Source: an uncultured Planctomycetota bacterium (GTDB taxonomy: Bacteria; Planctomycetota; Planctomycetia; Isosphaerales; Isosphaeraceae). From it: a stretch of 64,000 nt of DNA. The translations under genes and the position numbers were made by a program. The notes beneath the pieces are model-generated. The model was not told where the DNA came from, searched no databases, and was given only the letters and a program-made list of their open reading frames with translations. The stretch is from assembly GCA_963845755.1 (NCBI GenBank), contig CAWJTV010000011.1, positions 224,001 through 288,000 of the forward strand. The letters run 5' to 3'. Shown here in pieces: positions 1-11,432 of this stretch (position 1 is the stretch's first letter; each line of letters begins with the position of its first letter).

Positions 1-1
1 G

Positions 2-1849
2 CACGGGCTGGCAAACGATGGGGGCGGCGTCTTGAACAGCGGCGGCCAGGTCACGCTTTCGTCGGTAGTGGTCACGGCGAACCGCGCGGTCGGCAGCAAC
101 GGCGCCAATGGTGCGCCCGGCAGCGGCTCACACGGCGGCAACGGCTTCGACGGCGGCAACGGTAGCGACGGTACGGCCGCGCTGGGGGGAGGGATCTTCA
201 ACGCGGCCGGGTCTATGAACCTGTCGAATAGCATCATCTCTCTGAACCAGGCGATCGGGGGCGACGGCGGCCAGGGTGGCGATGGTGGGTTTGGCTTCTT
301 CTTCGACCAAACCACCGGGAACGGCAATCGCGCCCATGGTGGCAAGGGGGGCATCGGTGGAGCCGGGGCCGCCGGCCGCGGCGGCGGGATCTACAACGCG
401 GCGGGTGCGGGTCTCACGCTCTCCGGCACGCTGGCCTCGTCCAACCTGGTGCTAGGCGGCCAGGGCGGCCAGGGCGGCGCCGGGGGATTCGGTGCCGGTG
501 GAGCGGGAGGCCCTACCAACTCGCCGATCCGGAATAGCGGCGATGGCACGGGAGGCGACGGCGGAGCCGGAAGTTCGGGCGGAGTCGGGGAAGGTGGTGG
601 CCTGTACAACCTCGGCAGTGTCTCGCTTCAAGGGTCCGCTAACACCTTCAACCTGAACGACGTCGTCGGCCGCGCGGGCGGCAACGGCGGTGCAGGCGGC
701 GACGGCACCGGCTCGACCGGCAGCCAAGGCGCCACGGGCAGTAATGGCGGCATCGGCGGCATCGGCCAGGGCGGAACCGGGGGCCTCGGCGGTCGGGCCG
801 GCAACGGCGCCGGCGGCGGGATCTACAATGCCGGCGGCGGGTCGTTCACCAGCACGGCGGCGATCACGATCCTGGGGAATCAGGCCAATGGGGGCCACGG
901 CGGCAACGGCGGGATGGCCGGATCCGGCTTCGGAGGCACCGGGGGGACGGGCGACAACGCCGGCCATGGTGGAATGGGCGGCTTCGCCCAGGGCGGCGAC
1001 GGTGGAGGGGGTAACCTCGGCGGCGACGGCAGCGGCGGCGGGATGTTCAACGCCACGGGAGGGACCGTCGTGATCCGGCCGCGGAATAATCGAACGAACA
1101 CGCCGACCAGCACATTCGTCAACAATCTGGCCCACGGCGGCGGCGGAGGCGACGGCGGCCAGGGGGGCTCCGCAACCGGCGGGCCCGGTGGTGCCGGCGG
1201 TGCCCATGGCGCGGGAGGTCTCGGCGGAGCCGGCGTTGGAGGATCCGCTTCCCGTGGCAGCCAGGCCGGGAGTGGCATCGGAGGCGGCCTGGCCAACTTC
1301 GGTAGCGCCTCCTTCACCGGAATCACGGTCGATTTCCGGACCAACCAGGCTGTTGGCGGCGACGGTGGTCGTGGAGACGGCGGTGGCAACGGCGTCGGCG
1401 GTGCGGGCGGAACGGGGACCCTCGGCGGCGACGGCTTCTCCGGAAGCGCGGGTGAAGGCGGCAATGGCGGCGCCGGCGGCAACGGCCTGGGCGGCGCGAT
1501 CTTCAACACCACGACCGCGACACTCGCGATCGCGCCCCGGCTGGGCGCGCGGAGGGGCTCCAAGCAATCCCGGGCCACCAACACGATCACCGGGAATCAG
1601 GCGACCCGCGGGCTGGGCGGCCCAGGCGGCGCGGCCGGTACCGCCGCCGGCGGCCACGGCCAAGCCCCGGGCGGGATGGACGGTCGGGCCTTCCCCGGCA
1701 CCTCGGGAACCACCGGAGTCACGGGTGTGGGCATCGGCGGCGGCCTCGACCTCTTCCCCGGCGGCACCGTGACCATCGACGATACGAACATCACCGGCAA
1801 CACCGCGACGACCTCGGATAACGATGTTTCCGGGACCTTCTCGGCCTGA
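2..1849 (+). CDS. Glycine-rich (PE-PGRS-like) putative surface protein, 5'-truncated by window edge
   Basis: Frame is open from position 2 (HGLANDGGGVLNS...) to TGA 1847-1849. Repeated GGxGGxGG and 'GGGIYN/GGGIFN' motifs. Confidence 0.8.
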   Translation, partial: HGLANDGGGVLNSGGQVTLSSVVVTANRAVGSNGANGAPGSGSHGGNGFDGGNGSDGTAALGGGIFNAAGSMNLSNSIISLNQAIGGDGGQGGDGGFGFFFDQTTGNGNRAHGGKGGIGGAGAAGRGGGIYNAAGAGLTLSGTLASSNLVLGGQGGQGGAGGFGAGGAGGPTNSPIRNSGDGTGGDGGAGSSGGVGEGGGLYNLGSVSLQGSANTFNLNDVVGRAGGNGGAGGDGTGSTGSQGATGSNGGIGGIGQGGTGGLGGRAGNGAGGGIYNAGGGSFTSTAAITILGNQANGGHGGNGGMAGSGFGGTGGTGDNAGHGGMGGFAQGGDGGGGNLGGDGSGGGMFNATGGTVVIRPRNNRTNTPTSTFVNNLAHGGGGGDGGQGGSATGGPGGAGGAHGAGGLGGAGVGGSASRGSQAGSGIGGGLANFGSASFTGITVDFRTNQAVGGDGGRGDGGGNGVGGAGGTGTLGGDGFSGSAGEGGNGGAGGNGLGGAIFNTTTATLAIAPRLGARRGSKQSRATNTITGNQATRGLGGPGGAAGTAAGGHGQAPGGMDGRAFPGTSGTTGVTGVGIGGGLDLFPGGTVTIDDTNITGNTATTSDNDVSGTFSA

Positions 1850-2172
1850 CCGGCCCGGCGCAGCCGGCGGGTCGGATGCGTGTCGTCCCTCTCGCCGGTC
1901 CCGCATTCCGTTCATCCATCGTTCGCCCGAGCCCCGGGGAGGATCGCCGCCGGGGAACAAGACGCTCTCGATATCGAGCCCTCCGCACCATCGGAGCCGG
2001 TTCGAGGCGTCGGGTCACGCGACCACTCTCGGTGTGTGCCGGCTTTCTACCCCTTGTCCCTCTCGAAGGATCGGAGCCGGCCATGGCCCCGAACTCGGGA
2101 TTCTCTCGGCTCCACGGTCCCATGGGGTGCTACCCGTGACCAGTCCCGTCCCGTCCTTCCAGGAGTCTTCCC

Positions 2173-2725
2173 ATGCCCTTGCGACTGGTCGCATTGAACG
2201 GAGGGCCTGACATCCCGGTCGAACAGGGCGATCATCGTGGTCGGCCGCGATCCGGAGTGTGACACCCGGCTGGAGTCGATGCTGGTCTCACGTCGCCATT
2301 GTTGCATCGCTCCGGGCATCGGCGAGCTGGAGGTCAAGGACCTGGGCAGCACCAACGGTATCCGGATCAACGGCCATCGCGTCGACAGGGGCCGGCTCCG
2401 CCGCGGCGATGAGCTGTCGATCGCGCGCCTCCGATACAAGGTCGACGATGACCGGGGACCGGAGTTGACCCTGGCCGAGCCGGTCAACCTGGGATACTCC
2501 CTAGGCGACGGCCATCCCGCGCAGGACCGCGTACCGACCGGCGTCGGCCCTGGCCGACGAGCCCCGGATGCGGACGACCGACCCGATGAAGCCCGAGGCG
2601 ACCGGGCCCCGGGGAGAGCCGCAGCCCCACGAGCACGATCCTTGCCGGCCCGCCCCATCCCTCTGACCGAGGACATCACGCCAACCATACTCGCTCCAAC
2701 CCCCAATGCTGGTGATGGAGTATGA
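2173..2725 (+). CDS. FHA-domain protein (one frameshift near 2227)
   Basis: AGGAG at 2161, ATG 2173 (MPLRLVALNGGPDIPVEQ). Then joins ORF 2237..2725 with FHA motifs 'VGR', 'VSRRHC', 'DLGSTNGIRING'. Confidence 0.85.
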
Positions 2726-3253
2726 CAAGGATTTAAGATATAATAGTGCATGCTTTCATACGAGAATCCCGACGGCGGGAAGAAGAGCCGATCGATGATA
2801 GATCGCACCATGGTCACCGGGATCGACATCGAGGCGCCGGCGAGGCCACGGTCGTGTGCTTTCCGACGAAGACAGGCGTGGCGGATAGACGTTTTCTCCG
2901 AATTCATTCGACTTAAATCAGCCAGACACACCTCGTTGTTTACGCACCGGGATCGGCGTGAATCCCGAAAAAAGTGGCGCCCCTGACGTGTTTCGGTTCC
3001 CCGCGGCGCATTGAGGGGTGAGGAGCACGGCTGGTCATCGCCCGAACGGCGGCGGGAATGTTCCCATCGATCGCGACTCGCTCCCACTCCTCGGGCAACC
3101 CCATCGGCCTTCATCGGGAGATCACGAGGAGCCTCGAGGGCCGGCGTGACCGGCCGTTCGAGCAGGGTCCGGCCTCGAAGATCCGTACCCGGATCCCCTT
3201 CCGGGAGCCTCCGGGCTTCCTGCGCCTTCCCAACGACTTTGGAGATGACACCT

Positions 3254-6103
3254 ATGTGGAAGCGTAAGTCCCCTGGCACTCACATTCGTCGTCCGGACCG
3301 TCGGCGGCCGTCGCGACGCGTTCGTCCGGTCAACCTCGACCGCCTCGAGCTGCTGGATCGCCGTATCCTGCCTGCGGTTACAGCCACGTTTTCTGTCGCA
3401 CAGGGCGTGTTGACGATCATAGGCGACGCGCAGGACAACACCATCGTGGTCTCCCGTACCGCGATCGGGCGGATCCTGGTCAACGGCGGCGCCGTGGAAG
3501 TACGGGGAGGGAAGCCTGCGGTCGCCAACACCAACCTGATCCAGCTCTTCGGGTTGGGAGGCAACGACAATCTCTCCCTGAACGAGACCAACGGCGCCCT
3601 GCCGAAGGTGAACATCTTCGGCGGCGACGGCAACGACACGCTCACCGGCGGCTCGGGCGCCGACCAGCTCTTCGGCCAGGCCGGCAACGACACGCTCCTG
3701 GGCAAGGGCGGCGATGATCTGCTCTTCGGCGGCGACGGCGACGACGTGCTGACCGGCGGCTCCGGGACCGACCAGGTCTTCGGCCAGTCGGGCGACGACC
3801 GGATGATCTGGAATCCCGGCGACGGCAGCGACCTCAACGAGGGCGGCGACGGGATCGACACCGTCGAGGTCAACGGCGGAAACGGCTCCGAGACATTCAC
3901 GACCACCGCCAACGGCACGCGGGTCCGTTTCGACCGGACGGATCCGGCCCCCTTCTTCCTGGACATCGGGACGAGCGAGAACCTGGTCGTCAATGCCAAC
4001 GGCGGCGACGATACCTTCACGGCCGGCAACGGACTTGCCGCATTGATCCAGATCACCGTGGACGGTGGCGCGGGCAACGACACGCTGACCGGAGGCGACG
4101 GCAATGACACGCTGAGCGGAGGCGACGGCAACGATGTGATCGACGGCGGCCGGGGCAATGATGTGGCCCTGATGGGTGCCGGCGACGACACCTTCGTCTG
4201 GAATCCCGGAGACGGCAGCGACACCGTCGAGGGACAGGCCGGCACCGACACGATGCTCTTCAACGGCGCCAATGTCTCGGAGAAGATCGACATCTCCGCC
4301 AACGGCCAGCGCGTCCGGTTCACCCGCGACGTCGCCAACATCACCATGGACCTCAACGGCGTCGAGGGGATCAACCTCAACACCCTGGGCGGCGCCGACA
4401 CCATCACCGTCAACGACCTGACCGGCACCGACCTCACCCAGCTCAACCTCGACCTCGCCGGTGTTCCCGGCTCAGGGATCGGCGACGGCCAGGCGGATAC
4501 CGTGATCGTCAACGGCAACAACGCCAACAACACGGTCAACGTCCAGGGCGCGGGGTCCAGCTTCGCGGTCGCCGGCCTGTCGGCGTCCGTGGCAGTCGCA
4601 GGTTCCGAAGGCTCCCTGGACTCGCTCGTCCTCAACACGCTCGGAGGTAACGACACGGTCAACGCGTCCACACTGCCCGCCGGCGTGGTCCAACTGACGG
4701 TCAACGGCGGCGCCGGCAACGACACGATCCGCGGCAGCGACGGCAGTGACATATTGATCGGCGGCGACGGCAACGACCTCATCAACGGCGGCCGGGGCAA
4801 CGACGTGGCCTTCATGGGCGCCGGCGACGACACGTTCGTCTGGAACCCCGGAGACGGCAGCGACATCGTCGAGGGACAGGCCGGCACCGACACGATGCTC
4901 TTCAACGGCTCCAATGCCTCGGAGAAGATCGACGTCTCCGCCAACGGCCAGCGCGTCCGCTTCTTCCGCGACGTCGGCAACATCACCATGGACCTCGACG
5001 GTGTCGAGGGGATCAACCTCAACACCCTGGACGGCGCCGACACCATCACCGTCAACGACCTGACCGGCACCGACCTCACCCAGCTCAACCTCGACCTCGC
5101 CGGTGTTCCAGGCTCGGGCATCGGTGACGGTCAGGCGGACTCCGTGATCGTTGACGGCACCAACGGCGCCGACGCCATTACCGTGGCCCGCTCGCCGTCG
5201 CGCATCGCAGTCTCGGGCCTGGCCGCCCTGGTGCGTATCACGGGGACCGATGCTACCGACCAGCTCACCGTCAACGGCCTTGCGGGCGATGACACCATCG
5301 ATGCGAGCGGAGTCCAGGCGAACGCGATCGCCTTGACCCTCAACGGCGGAGACGGTTCGGACCTCCTCATCGGCAGCCAGGGGAACGACCTCATCAACGG
5401 CGGCCGGGGCAATGATGTGGCCCTGATGGGCGCCGGCGACGACACCTTCGTCTGGAACCCCGGAGACGGCAGCGACATCGTCGAGGGACAGGCCGGCACC
5501 GACACGATGCTCTTCAACGGCGCCAATGTCTCGGAGAAGATCGACATCTCCGCCAACGGCCAGCGCGTCCGGTTCACCCGCGACGTCGCCAACATCACCA
5601 TGGACCTCAACGGCGTCGAGGGGATCAACTTCAATGCCCTGGGCGGCGCCGACACCGTCACCGTCAACGACTTGACCGGTACCGACCTCACCCAGGTCAA
5701 CCTCGACCTCGCCAGTCCGCCGGGCAGCGGAATGGGGGACGGCCAGGCGGATAACGTGATCGTCAATGGGACCAACGGGGCGGATGCGGTCACTGTCGCG
5801 GGCGATGCGAGCGGAACCTCGGTGATGGGTCTTTCCGCCCAGGTGAATATCGTGGGCGCCGAGGCTGCCAACGACCGGCTGACCGTCAATACCCTGGGTG
5901 GCGACGACGTGATGGACGCCTCGGGTCTGTCGGCCGACGCCATCGGCCTCACCGCCAGCGGCGGCGACGGCGACGACATCCTCATCGGTGGCGCGGGCAA
6001 CGACACGCTCAACGGCGACGACGGGGACGACGTCCTCATCGGTGGGCCGGGTCAGGACATCCTCGACGGAGGCCCCGGCAACAACATCCTGATCCAGGAT
6101 TGA
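3254..6103 (+). CDS. RTX/hemolysin-type Ca2+-binding repeat protein with planctomycete N-terminal export-like motif
   Basis: GGAG then ATG 3254 (MWKRKSPG). Arg-rich N-terminus and 'LELLDRRILPA'. Many GGxGxDxL nonapeptides. Confidence 0.9.
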   Translation: MWKRKSPGTHIRRPDRRRPSRRVRPVNLDRLELLDRRILPAVTATFSVAQGVLTIIGDAQDNTIVVSRTAIGRILVNGGAVEVRGGKPAVANTNLIQLFGLGGNDNLSLNETNGALPKVNIFGGDGNDTLTGGSGADQLFGQAGNDTLLGKGGDDLLFGGDGDDVLTGGSGTDQVFGQSGDDRMIWNPGDGSDLNEGGDGIDTVEVNGGNGSETFTTTANGTRVRFDRTDPAPFFLDIGTSENLVVNANGGDDTFTAGNGLAALIQITVDGGAGNDTLTGGDGNDTLSGGDGNDVIDGGRGNDVALMGAGDDTFVWNPGDGSDTVEGQAGTDTMLFNGANVSEKIDISANGQRVRFTRDVANITMDLNGVEGINLNTLGGADTITVNDLTGTDLTQLNLDLAGVPGSGIGDGQADTVIVNGNNANNTVNVQGAGSSFAVAGLSASVAVAGSEGSLDSLVLNTLGGNDTVNASTLPAGVVQLTVNGGAGNDTIRGSDGSDILIGGDGNDLINGGRGNDVAFMGAGDDTFVWNPGDGSDIVEGQAGTDTMLFNGSNASEKIDVSANGQRVRFFRDVGNITMDLDGVEGINLNTLDGADTITVNDLTGTDLTQLNLDLAGVPGSGIGDGQADSVIVDGTNGADAITVARSPSRIAVSGLAALVRITGTDATDQLTVNGLAGDDTIDASGVQANAIALTLNGGDGSDLLIGSQGNDLINGGRGNDVALMGAGDDTFVWNPGDGSDIVEGQAGTDTMLFNGANVSEKIDISANGQRVRFTRDVANITMDLNGVEGINFNALGGADTVTVNDLTGTDLTQVNLDLASPPGSGMGDGQADNVIVNGTNGADAVTVAGDASGTSVMGLSAQVNIVGAEAANDRLTVNTLGGDDVMDASGLSADAIGLTASGGDGDDILIGGAGNDTLNGDDGDDVLIGGPGQDILDGGPGNNILIQD
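4145..5775 (+). repeat. Three near-identical ~380-bp intragenic blocks (starts ~4145, 4787, 5399)
   Basis: The sequence ggcggccggggcaa(t/c)ga(t/c)gtggcc...ctcgacctcgcc recurs three times, 642 and 612 bp apart. Confidence 0.85.
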
Positions 6104-6668
6104 GCCGGATCCGCATCGAAGGCGTCGGGAACCGATCTGACGGTGGTTCTCGGACTTCCCCGCTGGCTCAATGCTGGCAGAAAGCCCGAGGACGATCCGA
6201 TCGAGAACGGGGTTCCCGACGCTTCTTCATTCCCAAGGGGATCGTGATGGTGGCGTAGTTCCCGAGCGATCAGGAGTCGGGCGCATCGTGAAGCGACCAC
6301 ATGAAACCAACAACGAGAGAATCATACAAATATCGGACACCTCAACTGGCGAGACTGGCCTAACTCCATAACCTGAGCGATCTTCCTGAGCCGGGACGCT
6401 CCCAAACCACCCGCTGCCGAGAAAAAAATGGATTCCCCCTGACGCCTTTCCGACCGCCTCGGCGCATATAGGGGTAACGAGAACGGTCGATCGGCGCTGC
6501 GCCGGCGGAGGCATCGTTCAGGTCCGCGACGGCAACGATGCGATCATCGATTATATCGACGATGAAGGACCTTCACTTGGACGTAAATTCGCGCGCGAAT
6601 GATGAACCCGGCCAGACCGCTCGCGTGCCTTCCGAACCAGAGCCTGCCCCGGACCGGGAGCGAGAACG

Positions 6669-9590
6669 ATGAACGAGGAGTCTCTTTTCGTCGCGGCCCT
6701 GGAACAGCCGACCGAGTCCGAGCGGCAGGCCTTTCTGGAGGGAGCCTGTGCAGGCAACGTCGCGCTCAGGCAGCGGGTTGAGCAGTTGCTTGCGGCCCAC
6801 CTGAAGACCCCCGGGATCCTCGACCAGCCGGCCAGGCCGCCTGAAGGTACCGAAGTCGTCGACGGACTTGCCCGCAACGGTGCCTCTCGTGGCGAACCCG
6901 CCGGCACTCTCATCGGTGGCCGCTACCGGCTGCTCGAGGAGATCGGCGACGGGGGAATGGGAACGGTCTGGAAAGCCGAACAGACGGAGCCGGTGCGGCG
7001 AACGGTGGCATTGAAGCTCATCAAGGCAGGGATGGACTCGAGGACCGTCCTGTCACGGTTCGAGGCGGAGCGACAGGCCCTGGCGCTGATGGAGCACCCG
7101 AACATCGCCAAGGTGCTCGACGGCGGCACGACCGACAGCGGCCGACCGTTCTTCGTCATGGAATACGTCCCGGGCGTCCCCTTCACCCAGTATTGCGACG
7201 ACGCTCGCCTGAGCATCGCCCAGCGTCTTGCGCTCTTCGTGCCGGTTTGCCAGGCTGTGCAGCATGCCCACACCAAGGGCGTGATCCACAGAGACCTGAA
7301 GCCCAGCAACATCCTGGTCTGCCTCTACGACGGCCACGCGGTGCCGAAAGTGATCGACTTCGGCCTGGCCAAGGCGATCCAACAGCCGCTCACCGAGCAG
7401 ACGCTGCTCACGGCCCACGGTGTGTTGTTGGGCACTCCGCTGTACATGAGTCCGGAGCAGGCCGAGCTCAACAATCTCGACGTGGACGCGCGGGCGGACG
7501 TCTATGCCCTCGGCGTGATCCTCTACGAGATCCTGACCGGGTCGACGCCCCTGGAGCGGCGGCGCTTCAAGGAGGCGGCCTGGCATGAGATGCTCCGGCT
7601 CATCAAGGAGGAGGAACCGCCGCGTCCCAGCGCCCGGCTGAGCGACAGCGACTCGCTGCCCAGCCTGGCCGCTCGACGACAACTGGAGCCCACGAGGCTG
7701 ACCAGGTTGGTGCGAGGCGAGCTGGACTGGATCGTCATGAAGTGCCTGGAGAAGGAGCGTTCCCGTCGTTATGAGACACCGAACGGCCTGGCGCGAGACG
7801 TCCAGCGTTATCTGATGGACGAATCAGTGGAGGCGTGCCCGCCGTCGGCCGGCTATCGCCTCAGCAAGTTTATCCGACGCAACCGGGTCGCCGTGCTGGC
7901 GGCCTCGATCATCGTCCTCCTCCTGATCGGCGGCATTGCGGGTACCACCTGGGGCCTGATTCGGGCCGGTCGGGCCCGCGAGGCGGAAGTCGATCGAGCC
8001 GAGGGCGAGAGGAAAGCCAACGCCAAGGCGCAAAAGCGGTTGCAACAGATCGAAAAGGGGAGCGAGATCCTGGCGTCGGTCTTCAGGGATCTCGACCCCC
8101 GCGCGGAGGAGAAGGAAGGCCGGCCCCTGCGGGCGATCCTCGGAGACCGGATAGACCATGCGGCCGCCGCGCTGGAAGGAGATGCGGTCGGCGAGCCCCT
8201 CGTCGTGGCCACCCTGCAAGATCGGTTGGGACGCACCTACCGGGCCCTGGGCCATGCCGCAAAGGCGAAGGCGATGTTCACGAAGGCCATCGCGATCCGC
8301 CGAACCCAGCTCGGCCCGGAGCACGCGGACACCCTCGCGCTCATGTCCCAGCAGGCCCTCGCCTTGAAGGATGCGGGGGAGGTGAACGAGGCCATCGCCT
8401 TGCACGAGCAGGTGCGGGATGCCCGGGTGCGGACCATGGGTGCCGATCATCTCGACACCGTCGCCACCCTGCACAACCTGGCCGTGGCGTACCGGGCCGC
8501 CGGGCGGTCGAGCGAGGCCTGTACCATGCTGGAAAACGTTCGAGACGTCCTGTCAGCGAAACTCGGGCCCGACGATGACCGGACCATCGAGGCTCTCGAC
8601 GACTTGTCCTTAGCTTATGAGATGGTCGGCAGGCGGACCGAAGCCATCGCCCTGTCCCAGCAGGTGCGGGATGCCCGCGTGAAGAAGTACGGCGCCGACC
8701 ACACCCTCTCGATCGCTGCGCTGAACAACCTGGCGCTCAGGTATCGGTCCGCTGGGAAGATGAGACAGGCCCTCGCCATGTTCGAGGAGGCACGGGACGC
8801 GCTGGTACCGCGACTCGGGCCCGACCACCCGAATTCCCTCATGATCCTCGACAGCCTGGCCGGCATGTACCGGGCCTTCCGGAGGACGGCCGAGGCGATC
8901 CGCCTGGCCGAGCACGTGAGGGACACGCGGGTGATGACCCTCGGTGTCCATCATCCGTATACCATCCACTCGTTCTGGAACCTGGGCCTGGCCTACCAGG
9001 CCGCGGGACAGCCGGAGAAGGCCCTGGCCACGTTCGAGCAGGGGGCCACCGGCCTCGAGAAGCTCGACTTCACGCATGCAGAAGCCGGATTGATCATCGA
9101 AAGCTTGTGTGATTGCCTGGAACAAGTGCAGCGTTTCGACCAGGCGGATGTCTGGCGGCGGAAGTGGCTCGCGGCCGCCAAGAAGAGGGACGGGCCGGAC
9201 TCGCCCGCCTATGCCGAGAAATTGGTGGAACAAGGGGAGAACCTGCTCCGGAGCAAGAGGTACGCCGCCGCGGAACCGATCCTGCGCGAGTGCCTGGCCA
9301 TCCTCCAGTCGAAACAGCCCGAGGCGGTGACGACATTCCACGCCCAATCGTTGCTCGGCGGCGTCCTGCTCGGGCAGAAGAAATATGCCGAGGCCGAGCC
9401 GCTGATGCTCCAGGGGTACGAGGGACTCAAGGCCCGTGAGAAGCCGCCTTCACGGCCGTTCGCCCGATCTCATCTCTCCGAGACCGTCCCGCGGATCGTC
9501 CAGCTCTACGAGGCCTGGGGCCGAGCGGAGAAGGCCGCCGAATGGCGGACGAAACTGCCCGCGCCGGGACCCGCCCATCCGATGCACTGA
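6669..9590 (+). CDS. Hanks-type Ser/Thr protein kinase with TM segment and C-terminal TPR repeats
   Basis: GDGGMGTV, VALKLIK, HRDLKPSN, DFG and GTPLYMSPE motifs. Hydrophobic segment 'VLAASIIVLLLIGGIAG'. TPR_10/12-like 'LGPEHADTL' repeats. Confidence 0.95.
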   Translation: MNEESLFVAALEQPTESERQAFLEGACAGNVALRQRVEQLLAAHLKTPGILDQPARPPEGTEVVDGLARNGASRGEPAGTLIGGRYRLLEEIGDGGMGTVWKAEQTEPVRRTVALKLIKAGMDSRTVLSRFEAERQALALMEHPNIAKVLDGGTTDSGRPFFVMEYVPGVPFTQYCDDARLSIAQRLALFVPVCQAVQHAHTKGVIHRDLKPSNILVCLYDGHAVPKVIDFGLAKAIQQPLTEQTLLTAHGVLLGTPLYMSPEQAELNNLDVDARADVYALGVILYEILTGSTPLERRRFKEAAWHEMLRLIKEEEPPRPSARLSDSDSLPSLAARRQLEPTRLTRLVRGELDWIVMKCLEKERSRRYETPNGLARDVQRYLMDESVEACPPSAGYRLSKFIRRNRVAVLAASIIVLLLIGGIAGTTWGLIRAGRAREAEVDRAEGERKANAKAQKRLQQIEKGSEILASVFRDLDPRAEEKEGRPLRAILGDRIDHAAAALEGDAVGEPLVVATLQDRLGRTYRALGHAAKAKAMFTKAIAIRRTQLGPEHADTLALMSQQALALKDAGEVNEAIALHEQVRDARVRTMGADHLDTVATLHNLAVAYRAAGRSSEACTMLENVRDVLSAKLGPDDDRTIEALDDLSLAYEMVGRRTEAIALSQQVRDARVKKYGADHTLSIAALNNLALRYRSAGKMRQALAMFEEARDALVPRLGPDHPNSLMILDSLAGMYRAFRRTAEAIRLAEHVRDTRVMTLGVHHPYTIHSFWNLGLAYQAAGQPEKALATFEQGATGLEKLDFTHAEAGLIIESLCDCLEQVQRFDQADVWRRKWLAAAKKRDGPDSPAYAEKLVEQGENLLRSKRYAAAEPILRECLAILQSKQPEAVTTFHAQSLLGGVLLGQKKYAEAEPLMLQGYEGLKAREKPPSRPFARSHLSETVPRIVQLYEAWGRAEKAAEWRTKLPAPGPAHPMH

Positions 9591-9655
9591 GGCCGGCGTG
9601 CAGCCAGCCCTGTCGTCGTTCGCGCCGAGAGTCCTCGGAACTCCGCGGGCGCAAA

Positions 9656-10447
9656 TCATTCCAAACGTCCCAGCCCCTTGGCCCGGCTCCTCTCGAACAT
9701 CCATCCGAAGAAGAGGATCGAGAGCGTCAAATAAAGGACATTGAGCGCGAAGCTCAGCCAGAGCGTCGAGAACGGCAGCGGGCCGCCTCTGAGGATCTGG
9801 CGCATACCCTCGAACACATGTGTCATCGGCAGGGCGATCGCGATCCGCTGGGCCCAGCCCGGCAACGCACTCAGGGGATAGAACACGGCGCTCAGCGGCG
9901 CCAGTGCGAATCCGAGGATCCAGGCCAGGCTCTGGAGTCTCCTCCCGTAATAGATGATCAGCGCCGAGGAGGTAAACCCCATGAACCAGCCGGACATCAT
10001 GAGCGAGAACAAGAACGGCAAGAGCATCCAGCCGACGTCGAAGATGCTCAGACGATACAAAAGCCAGACGGTGCCGATGCCGACGACCAGCGTCAGGATG
10101 TTCTTGATCAACCCCAGCACCACCAGGCTGATCGACCATTCCCAGATGCTCAGCGGCGTGGCGAAGAGGTTGACCAGGTTCTGGTTCCAGAACTCCTCCA
10201 GCAGATTGACCGAGATCTCGTAGTTGGCCCGCCAGACGACCTGCCAGAACACCACGCCCGTGAGCACGATCAAGGCCAGGCGCGGGACCGATCCCGGGGA
10301 CGATTCGACCCAACGGGTCGTGAGTCCCCAGATCAGCAGGTTGACCACCGGCCAGTAGATCGACTCGGCCCAGCTCTCGAGCGTGCGGGGTATCATGTAG
10401 ATATGCCGAATGATCATGGCATTGATCCGCCCGAGGCTCAGACTCAC
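9656..10447 (-). CDS. ABC-2 type transporter permease
   Basis: 263-aa multi-TM protein. GTG start overlaps the upstream ATPase stop (GTGA). Confidence 0.9.
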   Translation of the reverse strand: MSLSLGRINAMIIRHIYMIPRTLESWAESIYWPVVNLLIWGLTTRWVESSPGSVPRLALIVLTGVVFWQVVWRANYEISVNLLEEFWNQNLVNLFATPLSIWEWSISLVVLGLIKNILTLVVGIGTVWLLYRLSIFDVGWMLLPFLFSLMMSGWFMGFTSSALIIYYGRRLQSLAWILGFALAPLSAVFYPLSALPGWAQRIAIALPMTHVFEGMRQILRGGPLPFSTLWLSFALNVLYLTLSILFFGWMFERSRAKGLGRLE

Positions 10448-11432
10448 GGTGCCACCTCCTCGAGCCGGCCGGGCTGGGCCTGAGACTGTGCCCGTGCGCG
10501 GCTAGCTTGAGGAAGTAATCCTCGAGGGTCGGCTTGCGGATCGCGATCTCGTCATAGCGCACGCCGGCCATGGCGATCCGGGCCAGGAAGTCGGCGATCC
10601 GGGACTCGTCGATCTCGATTTCGACGATATCGTCGTCGAACGCGCTCGCGCTGGTCAGGCCGGCCGCCGCGACCTGATCGAGGAGCGGATCGCGGCCCTG
10701 GGTGACGCGGAGCCGAATGCGCGCCGAGGCGACCGACGCCGCCAGCTCGTCGGGCCGCCCGCTCGAGGCGATCCGGCCGTGATCGAGGAAGATGACCCGG
10801 TCGCAGAGCTGGGCGACCTCATCCATGTTGTGCGACGTGAAGACGATGGAAACCCCCTCCTCGTCGCGACGGCTCCGGACGAAGGCGCGGACCTCGACGG
10901 CGATATCCGGGTCGAGGGAGGCCGTCGGCTCGTCCAGCAGCGCGACCCTCGGCCGGGGGAGGAACGCCTTGGCCAGCATCACCCGCGTGGTCTGACCGGC
11001 CGAGAGCCCCTCGACCTGCCGACGGCGCAGGTCCCAGACCCCAAACTGTGTCAGCAGCTCCTGGATTCGCGCGCGCCGCTCGCCGCCCTTGAGCCCGTAC
11101 AGCCGACCGAAGACATCCAGGTTCTCGGCGACCGTCAGCCGGCGGGGTAACTTGGAATAGGCGCTGGCGAATCCCACCTGGCCGAGGATCTCGGCACGGG
11201 CGTTTGCCAGCGACTGGCCGAAGTACCGGACTTCACCCGAGGTCGGCTCGAGCGTGCTCAGGAGCATCTGGATCGTCGTCGTCTTCCCGGCCCCGTTGGG
11301 GCCGAGCAAGCCGAGGATCTCGCCCCGCTCCAGCGCGAACGAGAGCCCATCGACGGCCCTCGTCGGCGGCCGCCCTGGGTAGACCTTCGTCAGATCACTC
11401 ACCACCAGCACGGGTTCGGTTGGATCGGGCAT
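10444..11432 (-). CDS. ABC transporter ATP-binding protein (frameshift near 10500; true end ...EEVAP* at 10444)
   Basis: Walker A GPNGAGKT, signature LSAGQ, Walker B LLDEPT, H-loop TSH. Confidence 0.9.

Noticed and set aside
2720..2990. TATAAT at 2739 and ORF 2750-2986
   Set aside because: No correctly spaced -35. The ORF has no RBS or motif.
9450..11432. 660-aa ABC ATPase with a long C-terminal extension overlapping the permease
   Set aside because: A 1-bp shift near 10500 gives a normal stop overlapping the permease start. The extension is out-of-frame permease sequence.
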